NCBI GenBank assembly: GCA_964019335.1
Contig: OZ025718.1
Span: forward strand, 428,323 to 492,322
From: Diplonema japonicum
Taxonomy: Eukaryota; Protista; Euglenozoa: Diplonemea
Reading direction: 5' to 3'
Length of the DNA stretch: 64,000 nucleotides
In this document: piece after piece, positions 11,059-22,688 of the stretch
Layout: the number at the start of each line of letters is the position of its first letter
How positions within the stretch are numbered: position 1 is the stretch's first letter
Made by a program: the position numbers and the translations under genes
Notes under the pieces: generated by a model
Told to the model about the DNA's origin: nothing
Databases searched by the model: none
What the model saw: the letters and a program-made list of their open reading frames with translations, nothing else

Positions 11059-13078
11059 TCACAACAAATCTTTCAGGCGTTGCCGAAGCTCTTCCTTCTT
11101 GCCTTTGGCAGGAACGCCTGTGTGAGTGTATGCGGTGCAGTGCTGCATACCATTCTTCTTGCATGCTCCTTGCAGCTCTTTGTAGGACATATCCTCTATA
11201 GCCCCGTGACTATACAAGGCGCTTTTCGTTCCGTTCAGCTCTTTCGCTTCCTGAACGGGTTCTACCGTTGATTCGGTCTCCGGTTCAGCCGCCTCTGACT
11301 CTGGCTCAACTACGATTTCCGGCTCTGGTTCTGTCTCTGTCTCTGGCCCGACGACCTCTGGTTCTGGGTCGACCACAGGTTCCGGGTCCGATTCTGTCGT
11401 AGGTTCAGGCACCGGCTCTGGCTCAGCAGCTTGCTCGGGCTCTGGTTCCGCTTCAGCTGGTTTTTCCTCACCCATATCAACATCATCTTTCTTTTCCTGC
11501 TCTTCCTTGTTTTTCTTCTCTACTTCGCTTTCTGCTACCTTTGCCGGCTCTTTGGCAACGTAGTTCTCTTGCTCCATCAGTTTGTCTTCCGTCACTTCGC
11601 ACCTGTGTTATGATAGAAATTGTGGTGTGCACCATACAGTGGCAGGTAGTTGATGATGAAGTTTGTTTCGTAGCGCTGCTTCCGCACATATGTTTCCTCC
11701 TCACTGTCGTGACGTGTGTTGTTGCCATGTTGCATACACTCTGCTCAGGTTCATCCCCAGAGCACGGAAGCAGGTCCTCAGATTGTTGTTGTGCATCGTG
11801 TGGTTTCGGTACTGTGTGTGGTGAAGGTTGCCAGTGCCATACATGTCTAGGGTGCTCGAGGTATCCCAGGCACAGCTTCAGAGTGTTGTCTGTCACTAGC
11901 ATAGGGTCGGCATGCGCCTCAAGCTCCTTCTTCACACTTTCCCATTTGGTGTTCCACTCGTTCTGGCGCGCTTCCGCGTCCTCACTTGTCTCTTCCTCTG
12001 CCTTCTGCTCGGACTGTGTGGTGTGGTTGTTGGTGGTTTCAACACGTACCTCCGCTTGTTTCTTTTCTGTCTCAAAATCCGCAATCAGTCTTGCCTTCTT
12101 CGCCCGCCGTTCTTCGCTCGCGCTCTCCCTCTGCCTTGCTGCGTCAAGTGCTTGGACGACAATCTGCGAGACGTGCATGGCCATCGCCTCGTGCACCTGC
12201 TGGGTAACTAGATTGAACTCAAAATTATCGCATTGCTGGGAGCGCATGTCTTGCAGCTGGTGCAGAGTGTGGAAGACAGGGGTGAAGATCGATCCATCGC
12301 AGGAGAGAGTAGACGGTGCTGGGACGGTGTCTGCGTCTGCCGGCCAGTTAACTAATAGCACAACCACATTGGAGCCGACGGAACGGTCGTAAGTAGCACG
12401 GAGGAATGGCTGCAGGGACGCTGTAGTGGGGAGCTCGATGCCCTGCTGCCGGAGGTGTCTGGTTGCTGTTGTCTGCCAAGTGGACGAGTCATCGGCGGGA
12501 CCGTCTGCGGGTGCCCAGTACCCGCCGAACAAGTGGTGCTTCGAGGCCTTGTCCTGCAGGACGAGGAGGGCGACGCGCTGGCCAAGGTGCGCACCGGGCG
12601 GGTTTACGTTCCCTATGACGACGTTGACGAGGAGCTCCGTCGGCTCGCCACGGAGGGAAGGCAGCTCCTGCTTATGAGGGCCGGGCTGCACACACTGGGA
12701 AGTCTCTAGAGGGAAGGGGTGACCAGCTCCCACCCAGAGAGGTTCCGCACCCTCGAAGTCAGGATCAACGGACCCATTGGGGAACCTATCCGATACCTGG
12801 CACAGCCCCAGCCGCTCACCGTACCTCAGCTGACGTTCATGATGCCCATGGTGGTGGTGGTGGTGATGGTGATGGTGATGGTGTTGGTGTTGGTGGTTCT
12901 GGTGATAGTGCCCGAACCCCTTTCCATCCCTTCCTCGCTTCCCTCCCTTGAACCCACCTTTGCCGTGCACTTGGTGCGACCTGTCACCCCACTGCCGTCT
13001 GTCTTGGTACCCTCCCACGTAGCCGGGGTTCTGCCTGAAGTTGTTATGCCGTTGCGGTGGCCTGCCTCCTGGCTGCAT
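11059..13078 (-). CDS. CCAR1/DBC1-like protein with C-terminal SAP domain; introns 12014-12049, 11812-11842, 11704-11737, 11603-11637, 11118-11150
   Basis: LFGGYWAPADG...TATRHL...PFLRATYDR resembles the DBC1 domain. Spliced NLRTCFRALGMNLSR resembles the CCAR1 C-terminal region, and MSYKELQGACKKNG|VPAKGKKEELRQRL is a SAP motif. The introns join ORFs 11483-13078 and 11059-11595 in frame. Confidence 0.72.
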
Positions 13079-14124
13079 TCTTCTTTAGTGTCCCGCCTTC
13101 ATGAGTAGAGACAACGAAAAAAGTTAACAAGAACAGAAGAAGGAAAAGAATGAAAAGAAGAAGGGGGAAAGGGGAAAAAAAAGAAGAAGAAAAAAAAAAC
13201 ATACAATAAAATTGAGGGGGGAATGAAATTTTTAAAAGGGGGAGAATGAAGAAGAAGAAACTCTTTTATCTGTCGGGCGCTTTCTTTTTCGTTTTCCGGC
13301 TTTTTTACCCTTCTCTTTTTCTTCTCTTTTTCTTTCAATTCCAGAGTGCCTAAATATTAGGCACGATAGGGTGCAGATGGTGTGGAGGTGTCGAGGAAGA
13401 CCTACGCTGAGCACAATGCGGTGGAGCCGCATTTCTTTTTCTTTGAACCTTTCAGTCCCTTTTCCCAAAGGGACATATCATTATAGCTTAGAGCATAACA
13501 AATATATTCGTCTTTTTTTTTTCTTTTTTTTATTTATTTTTTTTTTTACGGTTTTTTCGCCTTTCTGCTCCTTCCTTTGCAGAACAATAAAAAAATAAAT
13601 AAAAAATAAAGGTTAAAAAAAAAAAAAAAAAAAAAAGGAACAAAGACAGAATTACACAGACCGCGGTCATCACGAACAAACGAGTCATATGCCATAGAAG
13701 AGATCGACTGCAGGGTTTGACCGGACAATGAAAGCAGAAATTTTCATCGAATTCAGCTGTGTCTGGGTTAAGAAGTCAGGGAAGACACAGGTCGACTAAA
13801 GGCCAGCCGGGTCCACCTGAAAATTCACTGGGCGCCCCCTCATACACAAGAACGTGGGGGTGAAGGCAAAAACAGGTGTAACACCACTAATTGAATTTGC
13901 ACTTTAAAAACCCCGAGCGTGGCTCCTCTGTAGCTATGACTATGACTCATGACCGCTGCAGTGTGGGTGGTACCAAAGAAAGGATAAAACGAAAAGAAAA
14001 AGGACAGAACCGGGGAAGAGATATGTGGGGGATTATTGAATACGATGAGGTGACACATGACACATGACACATGACACATGACGGAGACACGAAGAAGGTT
14101 CCTATCAAAGTCTTAAGCGGCTGA

Positions 14125-15519
14125 TCAAGTCTTAGGCGGCTCAGGGGTGCGCATGGAGGTGTTGCTGTCATTGAGGGCAGAGAGGAGTGTCGATGGGAGG
14201 GACCTGTTGAAGGCACGGCGGGTGCTGCTCAGGTTAGTGTGTGTCTCTAGGCGTTCGTACTCCGAAAGCATCGACGCCCCGTGGCACCTTCCTGTCAGCA
14301 TCTTGACGTGTCGCGCACCTGGTGTGACGTGGTCCTTGAAGAAGCTTCCCCTTCTGCAGATGCCCCCCGTGCTCCCGTCCCCCTTCCGGTCCCCCTCCTT
14401 CACCTCCGCATGGTTGGTCGCCCAATACCGCCACGGGTGCTTAAAGAACGAGCATTTCCTCTTCAAGCACACTGTGCACCGCGATCTGTAATCCAACGTG
14501 TCGAGCTCCTTGCAGCGCTGCCTGTTCTCCTTCAGCGTCAGGTGGTACAGGTGCGCCGCCATCTCAATGAACATCAGGGTCTCTGCATCCTCTTCTGCTC
14601 CTACGCATTGTCTTTCGTGCGCCTCCACATGTGAAAGGCACAGCATTTGCTTCGTCAGCAGCTCCTTGTAGTTCTTCTCTCGCGACACGAACACGGCCCC
14701 CGAGGTCAGCGTCACCACATCGCTGGTGATTTGTCGGCGTTCTGTTGCCTCGTTCTGCCGGATCTCTGCTCGCTGCTCCTCCTCGTCTGCGACCACTATC
14801 TCCCGTTGCCGCCTTGCGATGGCTTCGAAGGCTTCCTGCATGATACTCACCAGCTCGCTCCGTTCCCGCACCTCGTCCTCCCACACACCTTGTTGCATCT
14901 CTGCCACGTCGATCGAAAGCTGCAGCAGGCGGAACTGCAGTGCGTAGTCGTAGGTGGGCGTGGGGTACTGAGGCTCCGGGGCAGCAGGGGAGGGGAATGG
15001 GCACTGCTCCCTTCGAACTGCCTTGACCTTGTCCTCCACCTTGTCCATCGACATGTTCAGTTCTGAGCACACTGCACAGTTCACAGCCTGGTGGCCGTGG
15101 CAGTGCCCTTTGTCGTGGGCAGACTCGCTGTGCCACATGCTGAAGGTGTCCTTGCTCCCATCGGCGATGGTTTTGTGCTTCAATGGGCTGGGCGGGACGT
15201 AGACTGTTGCGTTGCGCACGCATTGGTTGGCTGTGGGACGCGAGGCGGGCGCCGTTTCGAACTTGTGCAGAGGGCTTCGCTTCTGTTTTGACTTGCTGCT
15301 GTGCGTTTTGGCTGCCTGTCGTTTAAGCCCCTCACGCCGTGCAATGAACAGAAGCTTCTTCACAAGACTGGTGTTCGTCACCCGCATGCACTGCAGCTCC
15401 CTCTCTGTCAGCCGGTGGAAATTCTCGGCACGAACCCCCTTCTCGAAGAACGGGTCCGCAAGGTGGCCCACACCATTGTTACTCAAAAAGGCCGAAAGGT
15501 CTTTAAAGTTACTGGGCAT
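14125..15519 (-). CDS. SAM-domain, coiled-coil protein
   Basis: N-terminal LSAFLSNNGVGHLADPFFEKGV...LTERELQCMRV...LVKKLL fits a SAM domain; E/R-rich coiled coil; 464-aa ORF. Confidence 0.7.
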   Translation of the reverse strand: MPSNFKDLSAFLSNNGVGHLADPFFEKGVRAENFHRLTERELQCMRVTNTSLVKKLLFIARREGLKRQAAKTHSSKSKQKRSPLHKFETAPASRPTANQCVRNATVYVPPSPLKHKTIADGSKDTFSMWHSESAHDKGHCHGHQAVNCAVCSELNMSMDKVEDKVKAVRREQCPFPSPAAPEPQYPTPTYDYALQFRLLQLSIDVAEMQQGVWEDEVRERSELVSIMQEAFEAIARRQREIVVADEEEQRAEIRQNEATERRQITSDVVTLTSGAVFVSREKNYKELLTKQMLCLSHVEAHERQCVGAEEDAETLMFIEMAAHLYHLTLKENRQRCKELDTLDYRSRCTVCLKRKCSFFKHPWRYWATNHAEVKEGDRKGDGSTGGICRRGSFFKDHVTPGARHVKMLTGRCHGASMLSEYERLETHTNLSSTRRAFNRSLPSTLLSALNDSNTSMRTPEPPKT

Positions 15520-15782
15520 TCTCCTACCCGGCCTGTGGTGGTGGTGGTGGTGGGGGCACGTATATAAGGAAAAAGAATTCTTTTTCTTTTCCAGTTTGAA
15601 TAAGAATTTTAGAAAGCCAGCTCCGTATAGTGGCCCACATCACCCTTGGGTGGGATGGGGGGGCTGAAAAAAAGGAAACGAAAAAATAAGGGAGAAAAAA
15701 AAAAGAGGAACCCCATACCCTACCTGTGTACTATAGAATTGCGCAAAAAAGGGCGGATAGCGAGGAGAGATGGAAGAAAAAA

Positions 15783-15813
<31 letters not shown>

Positions 15814-17480
15814 GGCAAGAACTTCTTTTCTGTTGTGGGTTTTTCGGGCCGCACAACTTGCGTCGTTACTGTCCTGTATCGAAGTTAGTTAGCCAGGTTT
15901 TGGGGCACTCCAATTTTTTTTTTCTTTCTTTCTTCTTTTTTTTATTTTTTGTATCCGCATAGCTTACATGAATTCCATAGTATTTTTTTTTTATTGTACA
16001 CCACTTTCTTAGAGGGGGAGGAAAAAAATGGGGGGAGTATAAAGAAAAAAGGACAGAAATATATGAAAAGATTTTTTTTTCTTTTTTTTTTTTCTTTTTT
16101 TTCCCCTCAGGGAATGTTCTGTTTGCTGATGCAGTGGTGGGAAGGACCCAGAACAAAAGTGTGAAAAGATCAATCTACAATTTTCTTTTCCTTTTTCTCT
16201 TTTAAAAAAAAAAAAGAAATTGCCTTCGGAGAATGTTTCCCCGATCCTTTGCAAGTTTAGACCAATGTCGCCCCCTCCTCACCTTTAGACCTTGCTTGAA
16301 CATTTTAAAGGAAAATGCTGTGTCTTCTTCTTTTTTTTTTCTTTTTTTTTTCTCGCGAGGGGGAAGATGGGCATCTTTTTAAATTTTCACCTTTTCTTTC
16401 TGGGAAAAAAAAAAAAAAAAAAAAAACATTAATTTCTAATGGTAATATAAAAAAAAAAGGGAAAATCACCTCCCCCTCCCATTATTTTCGTCACTCACCA
16501 GGGGCCTCATTGTTGCACGCAGCCGCTTTGTAGAAAGAAATGTGCCTTTAAATGCCTGTCAAGATACCTACCTTAGGGAAGCTCGGCGCAACATGACATC
16601 TTCAAGGTGAAATATACCGCAAAAAAAATCCCCCCCTTTGAAGGATCGATATATATTTTTGTTTTCTTCCTGTTCTTTCCATCCCCCTCAAACCAAAGGA
16701 GGAACATAAAAAAAGAACGGGGTAAAAAAAAGGGGGTGGTGAGTGAGACGCGAGAACCGGTGTCCACAACCGGGGGGGAAGGTTATAAGCAAAGCGACAC
16801 CCCCCTCTCATTTTTTTCTTTTTACATCTGTTTCTTTCCCCCCCCCCCCTTTTCGTCTCTTTTTTTTTTTTTTTTTTTCGTTTTAATAAATGTTTCATTC
16901 TTGAAAATAGAAGAAAGAAAAAAAAAGAGGGGAAAAAAGCAACGGGGTGCAGCGAAGGCAAAAAAAAAAGGGGGGAAACCACCGTTAACGGTAAGCAAAA
17001 CTTTTTTTTTTCCAATTCAAAAAAAGAAGAAGAAAAAAAAAAGAAAAAGTTTCCACTATCCACGGCAACCTATATTTACATGAAACTGTATGGGGAATTT
17101 CCACGGCAACCGACCGTGAATGGAAAGGAGGTTGCAGGTTTAAGGAATTGGAAGTGGATTATTTCTTTTCTTTTTTTCTCTTTTTTTGCTTACCGTGAAC
17201 AAAGGTTTTTCCCAAAAGACAAAATAAAAATAAAACCCCCCCCCACTTATCAAACGCCAAGAAATGACTATAGTTCGTCTCCTTGAGGTTCCCATATTTG
17301 TAAAATGGAAGCTCGCAGCAACGGCAAGGTCGTTAATAGGTGAATAGCGATTTATGTTTCTCTTTTTTTTTTTTTTTTCTTTTCTTCTCCTTCTCTCATT
17401 GTATCTCGCAGCAGACAACAACATACACACGCAATGCACGGGGGTTTTAGCTTTTCTAACTATGGTTTTGTTTTGTTTTG

Positions 17481-17511
<31 letters not shown>

Positions 17512-17532
17512 TTTTTTTTTCTTTTTTTTTTT

Positions 17533-20061
17533 TTACTGCTTCAACTTGGCCATGTCGTCCAGGGCCTTGTGGATATGCTTCATCAACCTGTCCGAGTCAG
17601 TGTTCTCCGCGAACCTCTTTGACGAAACATGGAAGTAGAAACGCTTGTCCCCGCACAGGCAGTATGACACCCCGTAGCCATTGTCAGCTGCAGGCCCGAA
17701 CCCTCCGCTAGGGGTGTAGTAGGTGTCGCCAGTATCGCCATGCGGCCATGTTCCAGGTGGTAGTTGCCTCTGCGGCACCTGTGAGGTGGACAGCTTCCAT
17801 GGTACGCTGAGTGCGTTTGTGATAAAGGGGGCATCGATGCCCTTCCCCACTGCCACCACGTACAGTGCAAAGAGATGCCTGTCGACACCTTTCCCAACCA
17901 TGCACTCCTTGGACTGCTTCGAGTGTGCCTCCGATGCCGCCTTCAGTAGTCTCACCTTCTCGTCTCTTGTTGCTTCTGGGTCTTCCAGTGCCTTCACGAA
18001 CGCGCAGCTCTCCTCCGAGCAGGATCTGATGGTTTCTGTCCTGCCCTCACTGAACAGCCTCGTCATGCTGCTCTCGTACGTCAGGTCGAACTGTCCTTGG
18101 TCCCTGTAATACGCCACTTGGAGCGCTAGTTGGATCCACGCGTCGGGTGAGCACCCCATCTTCTTCACCAACCCTTTCCCGTAGGCGTCGTGCTCCGTCA
18201 CCACTAGGTCGAGGTCTGACATGGCCTTCCTTGCACTTCCCACCGCTGCTTCGATCTCTTCTTCGAGGGATTTGGGGATCCTCCAGGACAGCTTCTGCGT
18301 CATGCGGAGCGATCGAGGCGATGCGCTGCTTCCGAGTGCGCCCTCTCTTCTGCTCTGCCAGCCGACGTCGCCCCATTTCGCCCGCCCTTTAGGCTCGATG
18401 TTCTCCTGAAGGTTGCCGTCCTTTGTATACACGAAGTCCTTGTTCCTCTGCTCCATGGCCAGCACCCACTCGAACAAGTGCGCGATGACCGGTGCGTCTG
18501 CCCACGTGTGCTCGGTGTGGATCCCGATCCGCCCGTTTCTGTGCAGTGTTGTGATGTTGTTGTTAGCATACTTGAAAACGACGAAGGAGAAGGACTTGTC
18601 GGACCACCTGTTGGTGCCGTCGCTCATGAACAGCTCGCGGCCTGCGGTTCGTGTTTATTTTGTGTGTTTCATACTCTGGTCTGTAAGGGACTCGGGCTCC
18701 TTGTCATCCAAGTTCACAATGAACATGGCACGTTCCACCTGGTCGAGCGTCTGCCTGTTGTGCAGCCTCCCGTCCAGAAGGTACTCCTCACGGATAGCCG
18801 CCCACTTCGTGCGGTCAAGGGTTGTGAGGGCCGCGATGTTGCTGGGCCTGTCGGACTCCTGGTGCGCTTCGACGATGCCGCGCAGCAGTCTGAGGATCTC
18901 GTTGGGCTGCAGCAGGGTGTCGGTGTCCTGGGTGAAGGGGACCAACGAGTAGTACTGCCCCTTGTATATCACAATGATGTGCCTGGACTCATCCATGTCC
19001 CACACCTTGATCCTGTCAGTCTCCCGACCCGGCACCCTCACGCTGTTAAAGGCAGACCTGTACTGGTTCATGCACAAGGGCACCAGATTCTGGATGCACA
19101 GGGGCGGCAGGCGTTCCCTGTCGATGAGCTGCCTTGCTATGAGCCAGTAGTAGATTAAGCACGCCGCACGGGGGAGCTGTTTCCTGCTGGGGATGACCTC
19201 CTCGGCCCCGTCGCCGATGCCGTAGAAGTTGGAATTGATGAACAGCGAGCTCCTCCCCCTGAGGTACACGAACTGCACCCACCAGTCTGTGACGTAGTTC
19301 CTGCTTATCAGGGACTTCCTCCACAGGTATGACTGCAGGGTCGCCGCCACACCTGAGTCGATGAACTCCTTGGCGTCATCCTGCAGCTCGTCGTACTTGT
19401 CCTCGTCAAGAAGGGGTTTCATCGACTGCAGGAACTTGCCAACAGAATCTTTCACTGCAGGAGGCTTCAGGGACGGGAGCGCGAACTGGAAAGCGTAGAG
19501 CAGAGGCTTCCCCGCCACAATGCCTCTGTTCAGGTACCCGTATTTGAGGCAGGCACCCCAGAAGGTTGTGAACTTGGACCTAGATCTGCTCTCGAAGAGC
19601 CAGCCGTGGTAGGACAAGAGGAGTCTAAGGAAAGTCTTCTGCAAGAAAACAACGACGAGGATGACACCCGCGGCCGTGTTGATAGAGAGGTAGACAACAC
19701 GCAAGGGGGTCGGGAGGTACTGCGTAAAGGGGAGGCGGGTGTCGATCTTCCAGAGGGTCTCGGCGATCCTGCCGCTGCGGAGCCAGTGGGAAGTGGGCTG
19801 GCTGGAGACGTACCCTGCAAAACCACCGATGATGCCCACAACAAGACGGGGTCTCAAGGGCCACAACAAAGTCTGCACTTGCGTCCTCACCTCGTGCACG
19901 GCCCTCTTCAGGCCTTTCCAGATGAACCTAGGGTGTGGGACGTATAACACAAAGCCGTCACTGCTGACCGCTAGCTGCGTGCTGTGCAGTGCAGGGTCTA
20001 CACGGAAGGAGTGCAGACCTATCGCCGGCACGGGGTGACATGCCGCGCGTGCCTCAGCCAT
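17533..20061 (-). CDS. CPT1: Carnitine O-palmitoyltransferase 1 (choline/carnitine acyltransferase family); intron 18642-18674
   Basis: MAEARAA start, NYVTDWW, RWSDKSF, catalytic EHTWADAP, SPDAWIQLALQ, TYESSMTRLFSEGRTETIRS, GKGVDRHLF, LSTSQ and GGFGPAADNGYGVSY. Confidence 0.93.
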
Positions 20062-21163
20062 GTTGTTGCTCCTGTTGAACGATGTGAATGCGGACACAAA
20101 TAAAAAGTATGAAAACCACTGAAGCATCTCTCGAACGAACTTCCCTTTAGAGGGAAATAATGAGGAAGGACAGACAGTGCAGTCTGTTGCGCTGTGAAAG
20201 AAACATACTCCTGAAGGGGGGGGGGGGGGGGGGGGGGCTGAAAGAGGGGTGGCACATTTCTATTTTTTTTTCTTTCGAATTCACAAGTTTATACACCTAA
20301 CCACAGGTTCTTTTATTTCACCAGGCCGTCCTCACTGTTGGGACGAACTTTCTGAATAGAAGTGAGTTGAGGGTGTTATACTTGCATGCACATTCGCACA
20401 AGAATTCAAAGGAATTTCCTTGCAGGAAGTAGAAATCGTCGCATCATTGATGCCGAAGTTGCTCATAGAAGGAGAGAAAAATCGTTTCTATATGACTATG
20501 TCTTTGCTGTTCGCACGAGCAACAAAAAAAAAAATCTTTTTAGAAAAGCTGCGACTTTTTTTCTTTTTTCTTTTTCTTTTTCTTTTTCTTTTTTTTTTTT
20601 TTTTTTTTTTTTCGCTCGGCACAATGATGTGTTGCATATAATATGTGCTTACTAATTTCTTGAAAATCAAGCTACTTACTTTAGAGACAAATAGAGGTCA
20701 CCATTCCAGATTGGTTCCTTGATGGGAACACCGCCTGATACCGAAGGTGTGCTTTCGCCGGTTCCTCTTAACTTTATTACCATTAAGGGCAAGGAGAAAA
20801 CACCTTAAGAAACCATAAGGCTAACCCTGGGGACACCTAGGAACCTAGGAATAAAAGAAGTCTACGAAATAAAAAGACTCGGGCATAGGCTGTGAATAGA
20901 AAAAAGAAAAAAAAAAAAAAAGAAACGCCGTGTGATTGTTATTGTTATTTGATATTATTATTTTTTTTTCTTTTTGCTCAACTTAACTTTTCTTTTTTGA
21001 TACGAGCCGTCAGAAGGAATTCCACAAATGGCCTTGGCGTGGGAACACAAACTCATAGTGAAAGACAAACCCACCCAGCCCTCTGGTGAAAGAAGATGCG
21101 AGGAAGGCCGGCTCGTGCACCACCGGGTTTATCAGTGGACAAGACAGGTTTTAAACAAGGAGG

Positions 21164-21209
<46 letters not shown>

Positions 21210-22688
21210 AGGATTTTTTTTTTTTTTTTTTTTTTTTTTAAAGCCAACCCGCAGCTATATAAACCCAGATGAATAGGGTTACTCTTCTGTCTTGGACTCT
21301 ATCTATATTCCTCTTTTCTTCTTCTTCTTCTTTTTTTTTTTTTTTTTTTTCCCCTTCGTTTTATTATTATTATTATTATTATTTCCTTTGCTCGTTATTT
21401 TTTTGTCCCTCTTTTCGCGAAGATAGAAAAGAAAGAAGGGGGGGGGGGGGGGGGGTGGATACACACACACTGCACACATCATTAGAACCATTAGACTAGC
21501 TGGGCTGACGCATAGTACAGGTATGGATCGCAAAAAATAAGAAGAAAAAAAAAGAGGCGACGTGAACAACTTACATGTGGTCATGTGCACACAGCTGTGG
21601 AGAGGCAGTGGTGGCAACACACACACTAAATGTAAGAAGGAGAAAGAAGAAGACAAAAAGAAAAAAAAGGGGGGGGGGAAACCGAAATACATGATCATAA
21701 ACAGAAAGAAGAAGAAAGGGCGGGAGAAGGAAGTACTTAAACGGCGGGCTGTCGATGTGAGGACAGCCTCACAGCCTTAACCGTAACCGATAAACAAAAC
21801 AATTCGATAAAGTTTCGGGGGGAGGAGGCAGGCGGGGGGAAGAGTCGAGAAGGAACTCTGTGGCTCGTGTCGATATAGCTTTAAGTGTGTGCAAAAGGAT
21901 GTTTCTCGACCATTTGGTACCATTTCCATTACGCACCCACCCAGTCATGTGTCGTTGTGGGGAGTGATCACCCGCTCATACATAGGGTTGCAAAAAAAAA
22001 AAGGAAAAAAAAATAATAATAATAAGCCTGCTACAACGGTCCCCTTTGTATGATACTGGCTAGCGTTTCACTACACATTTCTGTGTTGTCAAGGAACAAA
22101 AGCAGCCCCCAACTCAAGAAAGAAGTTATTCTTTTTTTTTTTCTTGTCGCTTTCGCCGTCTTATCCTGGCTTTATAAATGGGACACCGAATCACAAACAG
22201 AAATAAAAAAAATAACAATAAAAATAGAGATATAACTAATTGGGGGGGGGGGGGGGGGGATTTACAGCAAGCAAAAGGGAGATAACGAAACTTTTTTTTC
22301 TTTTTCTTTCTTTTTCCCCCCCGTTCTTTCCACTTTCCCCGTAGTTACTTTTTTTTTTTTTTTTTTTTTTCCAAATTTTTTTATTTCTTTTTTTTATTTC
22401 CGCCTCGGCAAAGCTATTCTTCACACGACTTGCAGATAAAGGAAAAGGGAAAGTTAATACAAATAGGAAACAAGAGGGCGGAGACAGGGCTTGGAAACAT
22501 CAGTACTATTTATGAAATGCCCTTCTCTCTTAGCCTATTGTGGGATGGGGGGTGTCATGGGGAGTTCGATCGCAAAAAAAAAAAAAAAAAAAGAAGAAGA
22601 AGAATGCTTTCGGTTGCTTAAAAACCGCCTGGCGTACAAGCAACTGGAAAAAAAAAAAAAAAAAAAAAAAGATAAGAAGAGAGCACAC

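Noticed and set aside
13372-13410. CRWC..EE peptide resembling a LINE C-terminal zinc knuckle relic
   Set aside because: Too short, followed by a stop, and no other retroelement sequence nearby.
15520-17530. Many K/F-rich short ORFs here, at 20130-22690 and at 47100-53600
   Set aside because: Translations of poly(A)/poly(T) tracts and repeats.
20815-20835. CTAACCCT as a telomerase RNA template
   Set aside because: An 8-nt match expected by chance, with no supporting structure.
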